DNA of 32,000 bases from Thalassospira marina (GTDB lineage Bacteria > Pseudomonadota > Alphaproteobacteria > Rhodospirillales > Thalassospiraceae). The notes under the pieces are model-generated. The model was given only the letters and a program-made list of their open reading frames with translations, did not search any database and was not told the DNA's origin. This document shows positions 12,445-21,349 of this stretch, piece by piece (position 1 is the stretch's first letter; each line of letters starts with the position of its first letter). The position numbers and the translations under genes are program-made. The stretch lies in contig NZ_CP024199.1 of the NCBI RefSeq assembly GCF_002844375.1, positions 1,297,815-1,329,814 on the forward strand. The letters are read 5' to 3'.

Positions 12445-12978
12445 ATGTCGCGAGTAGGAAAAAATCCGGTGGCCGTGCCTAGCGGCGTGTCCATCAACCT
12501 GACCGAAGCAGCAATCAGCGCAAAGGGCAAGCTCGGTGAGCTCTCCCTCAACCTGACCTCGGACGTAACCGTTACCCAGGAAGACAATCAGCTCTGGGTA
12601 AAGCCGAACAATGACAGCAAGCGCGCTCGCGCGCTTTGGGGTACCACCCGCGCCAATATCGCCAATCTGGTGGCAGGCGTGTCGGAAGGTTTCACCAAGA
12701 AGCTGGAAATTACCGGTGTTGGTTACCGTGCACAGGTGCAGGGCAACAAACTGGTTCTGCAGCTTGGTTTTTCACATGACGTAGAAATGGACATTCCGTC
12801 CGGTCTTTCTGTCGTCGCCGAAAAGCCGACCCTTATCGCCATTTCTGGCGCAGATAAACAGCTCGTTGGTCAGTTTGCGGCAAATGCCCGCGGCTGGCGC
12901 GGTCCGGAGCCTTACAAAGGCAAGGGTGTCCGTTACGAAGGCGAGTATATCTTGCGCAAAGAAGGCAAGAAGAAGTAA
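12445..12978 (+). CDS. rplF: 50S ribosomal protein L6
   Basis: 177 aa starting [15 protein letters not shown], canonical L6. Confidence 0.96.
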   Translation: MSRVGKNPVAVPSGVSINLTEAAISAKGKLGELSLNLTSDVTVTQEDNQLWVKPNNDSKRARALWGTTRANIANLVAGVSEGFTKKLEITGVGYRAQVQGNKLVLQLGFSHDVEMDIPSGLSVVAEKPTLIAISGADKQLVGQFAANARGWRGPEPYKGKGVRYEGEYILRKEGKKK

Positions 12979-12989
12979 GGACTGGCACG

Positions 12990-13337
12990 ATGAACAACGC
13001 GAGAAACCTTTTCGAACGTCGCAAACGCCGCGTTCGTTTTGCGATCCGCCAAAAAGCGGCCGGTCGCCCGCGCCTCAGCGTGCACCGTTCCAACGCACAT
13101 ATCTATGCTCAGATTATCGACGATCTCGCTGGCAAGACCATTGCCTCGGCTTCGTCTGCTGAGAATGGTGCGAAGGGCGGTAACGCCGAAGCTGCTGCGC
13201 TTGTCGGTAAAGCCATTGCCGAACGTGCTGTTGCCGCTGGTGTAAAAACGGTCGTTTTCGATCGTGGCGGGTATTTGTTCCATGGCCGGGTGAAAGCTCT
13301 GGCCGATGCCGCCCGTGAGGGCGGTCTGGACTTCTAA
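12990..13337 (+). CDS. rplR: 50S ribosomal protein L18
   Basis: 115 aa, L18-like (...[18 protein letters not shown]...[27 protein letters not shown]). Confidence 0.95.
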   Translation: MNNARNLFERRKRRVRFAIRQKAAGRPRLSVHRSNAHIYAQIIDDLAGKTIASASSAENGAKGGNAEAAALVGKAIAERAVAAGVKTVVFDRGGYLFHGRVKALADAAREGGLDF

Positions 13338-13348
13338 GGAGCACGACC

Positions 13349-13936
13349 ATGGCACGTAATCAAAATCAGCCGCAGCAGGCGCCGAAAAACCGTGAAGAGA
13401 CCGAACTCGTAGACAAGCTGGTTGGTATCAACCGCGTCGCGAAAGTGGTCAAAGGCGGTCGTCGCTTTGCTTTCTCCGCAATGGTTGTCGTTGGTGACCA
13501 GCGCGGTCGCGTCGGATACGGCACGGGTAAAGCCCGTGAAGTTCCGGAAGCGATCCGCAAGGCTACCGAAGCAGCCAAGCGCAACATGATCCGCGTTCCG
13601 TTGCGCGAAGGCCGTACCCTGCATCATGACATCAATGGTCATTTCGGTGCAGGTCGCGTTCTCCTTCGTTCGGCTCCGGCCGGTACCGGCATCATCGCCG
13701 GTGGTGCAATGCGCGCAGTGTTCGAAACGATGGGTGTTCAGGACGTGGTTGCCAAGTGCACCGGTTCGAACAACCCGCACAACGTCATCCGTGCAACCCT
13801 CGACGCTCTGGTCAATGGTGCTTCACCGCGCCAGGTAGCTGCCAAGCGCGGTCTGAAGGTTGGCGATATCGTTGCCCGTCGCGATAGCGGTTCTGCTGCA
13901 GCTAACGCTGCTGCTGCTGCCCTCGAAAAGGAGTAA
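13349..13936 (+). CDS. rpsE: 30S ribosomal protein S5
   Basis: 195 aa with an S5 core (...[35 protein letters not shown]...) plus an Ala-rich C-terminal tail. Confidence 0.96.
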   Translation: MARNQNQPQQAPKNREETELVDKLVGINRVAKVVKGGRRFAFSAMVVVGDQRGRVGYGTGKAREVPEAIRKATEAAKRNMIRVPLREGRTLHHDINGHFGAGRVLLRSAPAGTGIIAGGAMRAVFETMGVQDVVAKCTGSNNPHNVIRATLDALVNGASPRQVAAKRGLKVGDIVARRDSGSAAANAAAAALEKE

Positions 13937-13942
13937 TCCGAT

Positions 13943-14137
13943 ATGGCTGCTAATAAAAAAGCGACCGTTCGCGTTACCCAGATCGGGTCGCCGATTGGCC
14001 GTCCGGACGATCAGCGTGCTACGCTGGTCGGTCTTGGTCTCAACAAGATGCACCGGACTCGTGAGCTGGAAGATACTCCGGCTGTTCGCGGAATGATCGC
14101 CAAGGTCAAGCACCTCGTCCGTGTGGACGAGGCCTGA
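13943..14137 (+). CDS. rpmD: 50S ribosomal protein L30
   Basis: 64 aa, L30-like (...[12 protein letters not shown]...TL.GLGL.K......[16 protein letters not shown]). Confidence 0.93.
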   Translation: MAANKKATVRVTQIGSPIGRPDDQRATLVGLGLNKMHRTRELEDTPAVRGMIAKVKHLVRVDEA

Positions 14138-14165
14138 TTGGCCCAGATCGAAAAGGTGTTGATTG

Positions 14166-14654
14166 ATGAAACTCAACGAACTTGCTGATAACCCGGGTGC
14201 CCGCAAAGCGCGTACCCGTGTTGGTCGCGGCATTGGTTCGGGCAAAGGCAAAACTTCTGGCGCAGGTCAGAAGGGTCAGAAGTCCCGTTCCGGCGTAGCG
14301 ATTTACGGTTTTGAAGGCGGGCAGATGCCGATCTATCGCCGTCTTCCGAAGCGTGGCTTTAAAAACCCGTTCCGCAAGGAATATGGCGTTGTGAACCTGG
14401 GTACCCTTCAGACTGCCGTTGATAACGGTGTTCTCGAAGAAGGTGCAAATGTCACCATCGCTCTCCTCGTGGAAAAAGGCCTGGCCCGTCCTCAGAAAGA
14501 CGGCCTGCGTCTGCTCGGTAAGGGCGAACTTAAGGCGAAACTCGCTATCGAAATCACCGGTGCTTCCAAGTCGGCTATCGAAGCCGTCGAAAAAGCTGGT
14601 GGCTCGGTAACGGTTCTTGCTCCGGCTGCTGCCGAAGAAGAAACCGCAGAGTAA
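14166..14654 (+). CDS. rplO: 50S ribosomal protein L15
   Basis: The track begins at TTG 14163. The adjacent ATG 14166 gives [14 protein letters not shown]..., a canonical L15 N-terminus (162 aa). Confidence 0.94.
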   Translation: MKLNELADNPGARKARTRVGRGIGSGKGKTSGAGQKGQKSRSGVAIYGFEGGQMPIYRRLPKRGFKNPFRKEYGVVNLGTLQTAVDNGVLEEGANVTIALLVEKGLARPQKDGLRLLGKGELKAKLAIEITGASKSAIEAVEKAGGSVTVLAPAAAEEETAE

Positions 14655-14670
14655 GCCTCTGTAACGACGT

Positions 14671-14714
14671 GAGGGTCCGGTTCCATCTTGCATGGGCCCG
14701 GACCCTCCGGTTTT
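14671..14714 (+). terminator. terminator-like hairpin in the rplO-secY spacer (possible attenuator)
   Basis: GAGGGTCCGG (14671-14680) pairs perfectly with CCGGACCCTC (14698-14707). The 17-nt loop has an inner CCAT/ATGG pairing. CGG and then TTTT (14711-14714) follow. Confidence 0.4.
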
Positions 14715-14735
14715 AGTGTATTGGGAGATGAGTGC

Positions 14736-16082
14736 ATGGCATCGGCCGCCGAGCAGCTTGCCGCGAACCTGAACTGGTCGTCTTTTTCCAAGGCGACTGA
14801 GCTTAAAAAGCGTATCTGGTTCACTTTGGGGGCGCTTATTGTTTACCGTCTGGGAACCTATATTCCCGTTCCTGGCGTGGATCCGTCCATTCTGGCCGAT
14901 ATTTTCCGGCAGAATGCGGGTGGTGTCCTTGGCATGTTCGACATGTTCGCAGGTGGCGCATTAAGCCGCATGACGATCTTTGCTCTGAACATCATGCCCT
15001 ACATCTCGGCTTCAATTATTATCCAGTTGATGACCACCGTTTCGCCCACTCTTGAGCAGTATAAAAAAGAGGGCGAGCAGGGTCGCAAAAAGATTAATCA
15101 ATATACCCGCTATCTTACGGTTGTTATTGCGACCGTTCAGGCATGGGGCATTGCTGTTGGTCTTGAAAGCATGTCGGGTTCTGCCGGCGCTGCCGTTCAT
15201 GATCCGGGCATGTTCTTCCGTCTTATTGCTGTTGTAACGCTGGTTGGCGGTACAATGTTCCTGATGTGGCTGGGCGAACAGGTGACCCAGCGTGGTATCG
15301 GTAACGGTATTTCGCTGATCATTTTCACCGGGATCGTTGCCAACCTGCCGCGTGCCATTGCCGGCACCCTGGAACTGGGCCGCACCGGTGCGCTTTCCGC
15401 GCTGGTCATCGTTGCAATCGTCGTGATGGCTGTTGCCGTTATCGCCTTCATCGTTTTCATGGAACGCGCACAGCGCCGGGTGCTTATTCAGTATCCGAAA
15501 CGCCAGGTTGGCATGAAGGTCATGGAAGGCCAGAGCTCGCATCTGCCGCTCAAGATCAACACCGCCGGTGTGATCCCGCCGATCTTTGCAAGCTCGCTTC
15601 TGCTGATGCCGCTTTCGGTTGCACAGTTCACTGCAGGTGCCGATGCGCCGGCATGGCTGACCAGTGTGACTGCCGTTCTGGGCCGTGGACAGCCGCTTTA
15701 TATCGCGCTTTACATCGCTCTGATCGTGTTCTTCTCGTTCTTCTATACCGCTGTTGTCTTCAATCCGGACGACACGGCCGACAATCTCAAGAAGCATGGT
15801 GGCTTCATTCCGGGCATCCGTCCGGGCAAGAACACCTCTGCCCATCTTGACTTTATTCTGACCCGCCTGACGGTTTTGGGTGCCGCGTATCTGGCTTTTG
15901 TGTGTATTCTGCCGGAATTGCTGATCGCGGAATGGTCGGTGCCATTCTACTTTGGTGGTACTAGCTTGCTGATCGTTGTCACGGTAACCATGGATACTGT
16001 TGCACAGATTCAGTCGCACATGCTGGCCCACCAGTATGAAGGCCTGATCAAGAAATCGAAACTGCGCGGACGCCGCCGCTAA
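14736..16082 (+). CDS. secY: preprotein translocase subunit SecY
   Basis: The track ORF starts at 14688, inside the hairpin. ATG 14736 has a GGGAG SD and gives 448 aa starting MASAAEQLAANLNW. The protein is a multi-TM SecY-type sequence (...GTYIPVPG...GGTMFLMWLGEQ.T..GIGNG.SLIIF.GI...). Confidence 0.95.
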   Translation: MASAAEQLAANLNWSSFSKATELKKRIWFTLGALIVYRLGTYIPVPGVDPSILADIFRQNAGGVLGMFDMFAGGALSRMTIFALNIMPYISASIIIQLMTTVSPTLEQYKKEGEQGRKKINQYTRYLTVVIATVQAWGIAVGLESMSGSAGAAVHDPGMFFRLIAVVTLVGGTMFLMWLGEQVTQRGIGNGISLIIFTGIVANLPRAIAGTLELGRTGALSALVIVAIVVMAVAVIAFIVFMERAQRRVLIQYPKRQVGMKVMEGQSSHLPLKINTAGVIPPIFASSLLLMPLSVAQFTAGADAPAWLTSVTAVLGRGQPLYIALYIALIVFFSFFYTAVVFNPDDTADNLKKHGGFIPGIRPGKNTSAHLDFILTRLTVLGAAYLAFVCILPELLIAEWSVPFYFGGTSLLIVVTVTMDTVAQIQSHMLAHQYEGLIKKSKLRGRRR

Positions 16083-16114
16083 GACTGGCGCCGCGCGACT
16101 ATCAGGGGGTAACG

Positions 16115-16759
16115 ATGAACATTATCCTACTTGGCCCGCCCGGTGCCGGCAAAGGGACCCAGGCCAAGCGGCTTGAAACAGGTCGCGGGATGATTCAGCT
16201 TTCGACCGGCGACATGCTGCGTGCAGCAGCTGCCGCCGGTACCGAACTTGGCAAAAAGGCCAAGGAAGTCATGGATGCAGGCAAGCTTGTATCTGACGAT
16301 CTGATGATCGGTCTGATTTCCGAACGTCTTGACCAGGATGACACCAAAGGTGGTTTTATTCTGGACGGTTTTCCACGCACCACAGCCCAGGCGGAAGCCC
16401 TGGATGTGATGCTGGAACAAAAGGGCCTTGTTCTGGATTACGTGATTGAACTGCGTGTTGACGATGCTGCCCTTGTGCGCCGTGTTGTTGGCCGTTATAC
16501 CTGCGCCAAATGCGGCCAGGGTTATCACGACGAATTCCAGAAACCCAAGGTCGAAGGTGTTTGTGACGTATGTGGCAGCACCGAATTTAAACGTCGCGCA
16601 GACGACAACGCCGAAACGGTCACGTCCCGACTGGAAGCCTATCACAGGCAGACAGCACCTATCATTCCTTACTATGAAAAGGAAGGTAAGCTGAAAACAG
16701 TTGACGGCATGGCTGAAATCGACGAAGTTACGCGCGAGATTGAAGCCATCCTGGGGTAA
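16115..16759 (+). CDS. adk: adenylate kinase (long form with Cys4 lid)
   Basis: 214 aa with P-loop GPPGAGKGTQA and the GFPRT motif. The lid has C130-x2-C133 ... C150-x2-C153. Confidence 0.96.
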   Translation: MNIILLGPPGAGKGTQAKRLETGRGMIQLSTGDMLRAAAAAGTELGKKAKEVMDAGKLVSDDLMIGLISERLDQDDTKGGFILDGFPRTTAQAEALDVMLEQKGLVLDYVIELRVDDAALVRRVVGRYTCAKCGQGYHDEFQKPKVEGVCDVCGSTEFKRRADDNAETVTSRLEAYHRQTAPIIPYYEKEGKLKTVDGMAEIDEVTREIEAILG

Positions 16760-16880
16760 TTTCCCGGGCTGGTCGTTTATTGCTTTGCGGGTTGGCGCAT
16801 GCTGGCCCGCTTTGCATCTGCGATTGGCCCAAAAGGATCTGCCTTAGGGTTTGTTAATCAGGAAACAGGAGTCTCACACA

Positions 16881-17249
16881 GTGGCTCGTATTGCTGGCGT
16901 AAACATCCCGACCGCGAAGCGCGTCGAGATTGCGCTTACCTACATCACCGGTATTGGTCCGGCGAAAGCTAAAGAAATTTGCTCGAAAGTTGGCATCGAA
17001 TCGCACCTGCGTGTTCACCAGCTGAGCGACGACCAGGTTCTTCGTGTTCGCGAAGTCATCGACGCTGATTACGTCGTTGAAGGTGACCTGCGCCGTGAAG
17101 TCGCAATGAACATTAAGCGTCTGATGGATCTGGGCTGCTACCGCGGTCTGCGTCATCGTCGTGGTCTCCCGGTGCGCGGTCAGCGTACCCACACCAATGC
17201 CCGCACCCGTAAGGGCCCGGCTAAGCCGATTGCTGGCAAGAAGAAGTAA
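16881..17249 (+). CDS. rpsM: 30S ribosomal protein S13
   Basis: The track starts at 16851. S13 proteins begin (M)ARIAGVNIP, which matches GTG 16881, and CAGGAG SD lies 9 nt upstream (122 aa). Confidence 0.94.
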   Translation: MARIAGVNIPTAKRVEIALTYITGIGPAKAKEICSKVGIESHLRVHQLSDDQVLRVREVIDADYVVEGDLRREVAMNIKRLMDLGCYRGLRHRRGLPVRGQRTHTNARTRKGPAKPIAGKKK

Positions 17250-17264
17250 GGTAGGGGAACGACA

Positions 17265-17657
17265 ATGGCAAAAGCACCTCAGACTCGTGTGCGTCGCCGC
17301 GAGCGTAAGAATATTACGAACGGCATTGCGCATGTGAATGCAACGTTCAACAACACCATGATCACCATCACCGACGTTCAGGGCAACACCATTGCCTGGT
17401 CGACTGCTGGTGGCATGGGTTTCCGTGGTTCGCGTAAATCCACGCCTTACGCAGCACAGATCGCTGCTGAAGACGCTGGCAAAAAAGCTGCTGAACACGG
17501 CATGAAAACTCTTGAAGTCGAAGTCAAAGGTCCGGGTTCAGGGCGTGAGTCGGCTTTGCGTGCACTGCAGGCAGTCGGCTTTACCATTACGTCGATCAAA
17601 GACGTAACGCCGATCCCGCACAATGGTTGCCGTCCGCGCAAGCGTCGTCGCGTCTAA
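17265..17657 (+). CDS. rpsK: 30S ribosomal protein S11
   Basis: 130 aa, canonical S11 (...[20 protein letters not shown]...[17 protein letters not shown]...). Confidence 0.97.
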   Translation: MAKAPQTRVRRRERKNITNGIAHVNATFNNTMITITDVQGNTIAWSTAGGMGFRGSRKSTPYAAQIAAEDAGKKAAEHGMKTLEVEVKGPGSGRESALRALQAVGFTITSIKDVTPIPHNGCRPRKRRRV

Positions 17658-17776
17658 TCGCGCCGATCTGCGGACGACCCGCGTATTAGGCCCGGGCAAC
17701 CGGGCCTGTTCGCGTTTCTCGTTGGGGTGAATTTCACCTCACATTACCCTAGGCTCCAGTTGCGAAGGTGGGTCTC

Positions 17777-18793
17777 GTGATTCAGAAGAACTGGCAGGAA
17801 CTGATTAAGCCGACGAAGCTTGATGTTACCCCGGGTACGGACGCCAGCCGCGTCGGTACGATCGTGGCTGAACCGCTGGAGCGCGGTTTTGGTCAGACCC
17901 TGGGCAACGCGCTGCGTCGCATTCTGCTGTCGTCACTCCAGGGTTCGGCAGTGACTGCAATCCAGATCGATGGCGTTTTGCACGAATTCTCGTCGATTCC
18001 GGGGGTCCGGGAAGATGTTACCGACATCATCCTGAACATCAAGACCCTGGGCGTGCGTATGCATGCTGAAGGTCCGAAGAAAATGACCCTGAAGGCGACC
18101 GGCCCTGGTGCCGTCACTGCAGGTCAGATTGAAACCGGTGCGGATATCGAAATCCTCAATCCGGGTCTTGAGCTGTGCCACCTTGATGATGGCGCCACGC
18201 TCAACATCGAATTCACCGTTGAAAACGGCAAGGGCTATGTTGCTGCGACTGCGCACCGCTCTGCCGATGCACCGATTGGTCTGATTCCGATCGATGCGAT
18301 TTTCAGCCCGATCCGCAAGGTCGCCTACAAGGTTGAAAACACCCGTGTTGGCCAGGATACCGACTTCGACAAACTGTCGATCACCGTTGAAACCAACGGT
18401 TCGGTTACGCCGGAAGACTCGGTTGCCCTTGCTGCGCGCATCCTGCAGGACCAGTTGTCGCTGTTCGTGAACTTCGAAGAACCCGAAGCGGTTGTCGAAG
18501 AGAAGAAAGAAGACGAACTGCCGTTCAATAAAAACCTGCTGCGCAAGGTTGACGAACTTGAACTGTCTGTTCGTTCGGCAAACTGCCTCAAGAACGACAA
18601 CATCATCTATATCGGTGACTTGGTTCAGAAGTCCGAAGCAGAAATGCTCCGTACCCCGAACTTCGGCCGTAAATCGCTCAACGAAATCAAAGACGTGCTG
18701 GCTCAGATGGGTCTGCATCTCGGGATGGAAGTTGGCGGTTGGCCGCCCGAAAACATCGAAGATCTGGCTCGCAAGTTCGAAGACCCGTTCTAA
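17777..18793 (+). CDS. rpoA: DNA-directed RNA polymerase subunit alpha
   Basis: The ORF opens at GTG 17768. GTG 17777 gives (M)[11 protein letters not shown], the usual alphaproteobacterial RpoA N-terminus, with GAAGGTGG SD upstream. It is 338 aa with NTD and CTD (...[20 protein letters not shown]...). Confidence 0.94.
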   Translation: MIQKNWQELIKPTKLDVTPGTDASRVGTIVAEPLERGFGQTLGNALRRILLSSLQGSAVTAIQIDGVLHEFSSIPGVREDVTDIILNIKTLGVRMHAEGPKKMTLKATGPGAVTAGQIETGADIEILNPGLELCHLDDGATLNIEFTVENGKGYVAATAHRSADAPIGLIPIDAIFSPIRKVAYKVENTRVGQDTDFDKLSITVETNGSVTPEDSVALAARILQDQLSLFVNFEEPEAVVEEKKEDELPFNKNLLRKVDELELSVRSANCLKNDNIIYIGDLVQKSEAEMLRTPNFGRKSLNEIKDVLAQMGLHLGMEVGGWPPENIEDLARKFEDPF

Positions 18794-18966
18794 GACGGGC
18801 CTTCGGCCTTCGGGTCGATATGGAACGCGTTCTGCGGTCCAGCACAGGGTGAATAACCCTGCCGGGCATAGTTGCCCACACCGTACGTGCATGACCTGGT
18901 TTCAGGGTGGCGTTACGGTTTCACAATCGGTTTCGCGCGCGAAGCCAAGCCAGAAGGAGAGTACCC

Positions 18967-19395
18967 ATGCGTCACGGTATGCACGGCCGTAAACTTAATC
19001 GGACGAAGTCCCATCGTAAGGCAATGTTTGCCAACATGGCTGTTTCGCTGATCACTCACGAACAGATCAAAACGACTCTTCCGAAGGCCAAAGATCTTCG
19101 CCCGTATGTCGAAAAACTGATTACGCTGGGCAAGCGGGGCGACCTGCATGCACGCCGTCAGGCACTTTCGACCCTGCGTGACGAAGCAGCTGTTTCCAAG
19201 CTGTTCGGTGATATCGCTGAACGCTACAAAGAACGCAGTGGTGGTTACACCCGTGTTCTTAAAGCTGGCTTCCGTTACGGCGATGCGGCTCCGGTAGCAC
19301 TGATCGAACTCGTCGATCGTGATCCGGAAGCAAAAGGTGCGGCTGACCGCGCCCGCCTCGAAGCAGAGGGCGAAGCCGAAGGTTCGGACGAATAA
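18967..19395 (+). CDS. rplQ: 50S ribosomal protein L17
   Basis: The track begins at 18907. The real start is ATG 18967 ([20 protein letters not shown]...), preceded by AAGGAG at 18954-18959. It is 142 aa. Confidence 0.95.
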   Translation: MRHGMHGRKLNRTKSHRKAMFANMAVSLITHEQIKTTLPKAKDLRPYVEKLITLGKRGDLHARRQALSTLRDEAAVSKLFGDIAERYKERSGGYTRVLKAGFRYGDAAPVALIELVDRDPEAKGAADRARLEAEGEAEGSDE

Positions 19396-19421
19396 GTCCA
19401 ACGCCTTGGCCTAAGAAACGG

Positions 19422-19453
19422 ACGGGTGGTGCTTCGGCACCGCCCGTTTTTTT
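19422..19453 (+). terminator. rho-independent terminator of the alpha operon
   Basis: ACGGGTGGTGC pairs with GCACCGCCCGT in an 11-bp stem (one G-U) closed by a UUCG tetraloop. A run of 7 T follows (19447-19453, sharing its first T with the stem). It starts 27 nt after the rplQ stop. Confidence 0.85.
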
Positions 19454-19795
19454 ATGCCCGATTGGTGCCGGGCAGGGGGAGGCACCTGGTTGGTCGGCGG
19501 AACAGTTGAGAACGCGGGCGTGCATGAAGCCGGGATTTGGCGGTGTTTCAGGCTGTTTCCGATATGGCTTTTCCTGCCGGTTCCGGGGTTGTCTGATGTC
19601 GGTGGTTGCAGGCGCAGGGAATTGGGCCTAAATGTGTTGGGTCCCATGGTTTTCGACCCGTCCCTGTCCTTCCGGTGTGGTCCTTCATCGCGTCGCTTTC
19701 CCGCATGAATGAACACTAAATCCATAACATGCTGTCTTGCAGTTCAAACAACCGGTAAAATCGGCACGGCGGGGTGAAAACCACCCATCTCAAGC

Positions 19796-21253
19796 ATGGA
19801 AGAGAGAAACGTGCAGGCAAAAAAGATCGGAATGTTCGCACTGGTACTGTCAATGGGGATGGCAGTGCTGGCAGGGGGATTAAACCATCAGGCATCCGCA
19901 TCCGAGCGGCGATTGCCCACCAGCGATGCCGAAATAAAGATGTCGTTTTCACCGCTGGTCAAGCAGACAGCGCCAACGGTTGTGAACATCTTTACCAAAA
20001 AGGTCGTCACCTCGCGTCCGGCCAATCCTTTTATGAATGATCCGTTTTTCAACCAGTTCTTTGGCAACCGGTTTGGTGGCGCGTTCGGTGCGCCGCGCCA
20101 GCGTGTAGAGCGGTCTTTGGGGTCTGGCGTGATTGTTTCGCCCGATGGCACAATTGTTACCAACCGCCATGTTATTGACGGTGCCAGCGAAATTCGCGTG
20201 GTGCTGCATGACCGCCGCGAATTTGATGCAACCCTGGTGGGTGCCGATGAACGGACCGATCTTGCTGTTCTGAAATTGCAGGATGTCCATGATGCGTTGC
20301 CAACCCTGAAACTTGGCGATTCCGATGATGTGGAAGTTGGCGATCTGGTGCTGGCTATTGGTAACCCATTTGGGGTGGGGCAGACGGTTACCAGCGGGAT
20401 TGTATCGGCACTGGCGCGTGCAGGTGTGACCGGGCAGGATTATCAATCCTTCATTCAGACAGATGCGGCCATTAACCCCGGCAATTCCGGTGGTGCGCTG
20501 ATCGATATGAAAGGTGATCTTATTGGTGTGAACTCGGCGATTTTCACCAAATCGGGCGGGTCCAACGGCATCGGTTTTGCCATTCCCGTCAATATGGTCA
20601 AGGTCGTGATGCGTGGCCTGATCAGTGGTGATCTGCGCCGTCCGTGGCTTGGTGCCTCGGGGCAGACAGTAACTGCCGATCTGGCCCGCTCGCTTGATCT
20701 TGAACGCCCCGGTGGCGTGTTGATCAATGCGGTACATCCGCAAAGCCCGGCCAGCCGTGCAGGCCTTAAGGCCGGTGATGTTGTCGTGGCGGTTAACGGG
20801 CTTGAGGTGGATGACCCCAACAGCCTGCGTTTCCGTGTTGCGACACTGGAGCCAAGTGGCGACGCTGTACTGACGATTATCCGTAATGGCAGCAGCCAGG
20901 ATGTATCGGTCCCGCTGGAAGTGGCACCGGAAACCCCGGCACGGGAAGAAACCAGCATTGATGGCCGCAACCCGTTTGGCGGGGCCAAGGTTGCCAATGT
21001 AAATCCGGCATTGGCCGACGAACTGGGTATTGATACGCTGATTACTGGTGTGATCGTGCTGGATGTTCCAGGCAACAGCCTGGCGCGCCAGGCCCGCCTG
21101 AAACCGGGCGACCTGATTACCGAGATCAACAAAACCCGCATTGGCAGTGTCGCCGATTTGAAGGCTGCGTTGCGCAAGGGTGAAAAGGGCCGTAACTGGT
21201 CCATCGCGGTAAAGCGGGATGGTAAAATCCTGACCGCAGATTATACCCTGTAA
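19796..21253 (+). CDS. degP: periplasmic serine endoprotease, DegP/DegQ/HtrA family (trypsin domain plus two PDZ domains)
   Basis: Catalytic triad contexts TNRHVI (His), DLAVLK (Asp) and GNSGGAL (Ser). The N-terminal signal-like segment is KKIGMFALVLSMGMAVLAGG, and two PDZ-like repeats follow. The start is ambiguous (ATG 19796, GTG 19811 or ATG 19832). Confidence 0.9.
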   Translation: MEERNVQAKKIGMFALVLSMGMAVLAGGLNHQASASERRLPTSDAEIKMSFSPLVKQTAPTVVNIFTKKVVTSRPANPFMNDPFFNQFFGNRFGGAFGAPRQRVERSLGSGVIVSPDGTIVTNRHVIDGASEIRVVLHDRREFDATLVGADERTDLAVLKLQDVHDALPTLKLGDSDDVEVGDLVLAIGNPFGVGQTVTSGIVSALARAGVTGQDYQSFIQTDAAINPGNSGGALIDMKGDLIGVNSAIFTKSGGSNGIGFAIPVNMVKVVMRGLISGDLRRPWLGASGQTVTADLARSLDLERPGGVLINAVHPQSPASRAGLKAGDVVVAVNGLEVDDPNSLRFRVATLEPSGDAVLTIIRNGSSQDVSVPLEVAPETPAREETSIDGRNPFGGAKVANVNPALADELGIDTLITGVIVLDVPGNSLARQARLKPGDLITEINKTRIGSVADLKAALRKGEKGRNWSIAVKRDGKILTADYTL

Positions 21254-21263
21254 CAGAACAATC

Positions 21264-21299
21264 GGGGTATTCCGGCGTTATAAGCCGCCGGAATACCCC
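21264..21299 (+). terminator. strong hairpin after degP (no U-tract)
   Basis: GGGGTATTCCGGCG (21264-21277) pairs perfectly with CGCCGGAATACCCC (21286-21299) around an 8-nt loop. It starts 10 nt after the degP stop. No T-run follows, so its terminator function is uncertain. Confidence 0.35.
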
Positions 21300-21349
21300 A
21301 CAATCTGCTGTAATTGCAGATGACGGGTGCGAAAGGTTATAAGGCAGGC

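Noticed and set aside
14688-14735. N-terminal extensions of track ORFs: secY from 14688, rplQ from 18907, rpsN from 11534, rpsM from 16851, rpsJ from 5347, rplO from 14163, and the DLH gene from 28800
   Set aside because: The extensions lack homology to the respective protein families. They run through upstream genes or hairpins. They are superseded by internal starts that have SD sequences and canonical N-termini.
15012-16031. A 339-aa - strand ORF antisense to secY
   Set aside because: It is a shadow ORF. The translation is polar and low-complexity and has no recognisable domain, whereas the + strand encodes a textbook SecY.
17933-18892. A 319-aa - strand ORF antisense to rpoA
   Set aside because: It is a shadow ORF opposite an unambiguous rpoA, with no SD and no motif.
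19411-19725. A 104-aa - strand ORF and an 84-aa + strand ORF (19454-19708) in the rplQ-degP intergenic region
   Set aside because: They have no SD. The composition is Pro/Gly/Arg-rich and atypical. The - strand ORF runs into the rplQ terminator. Both are treated as non-coding.
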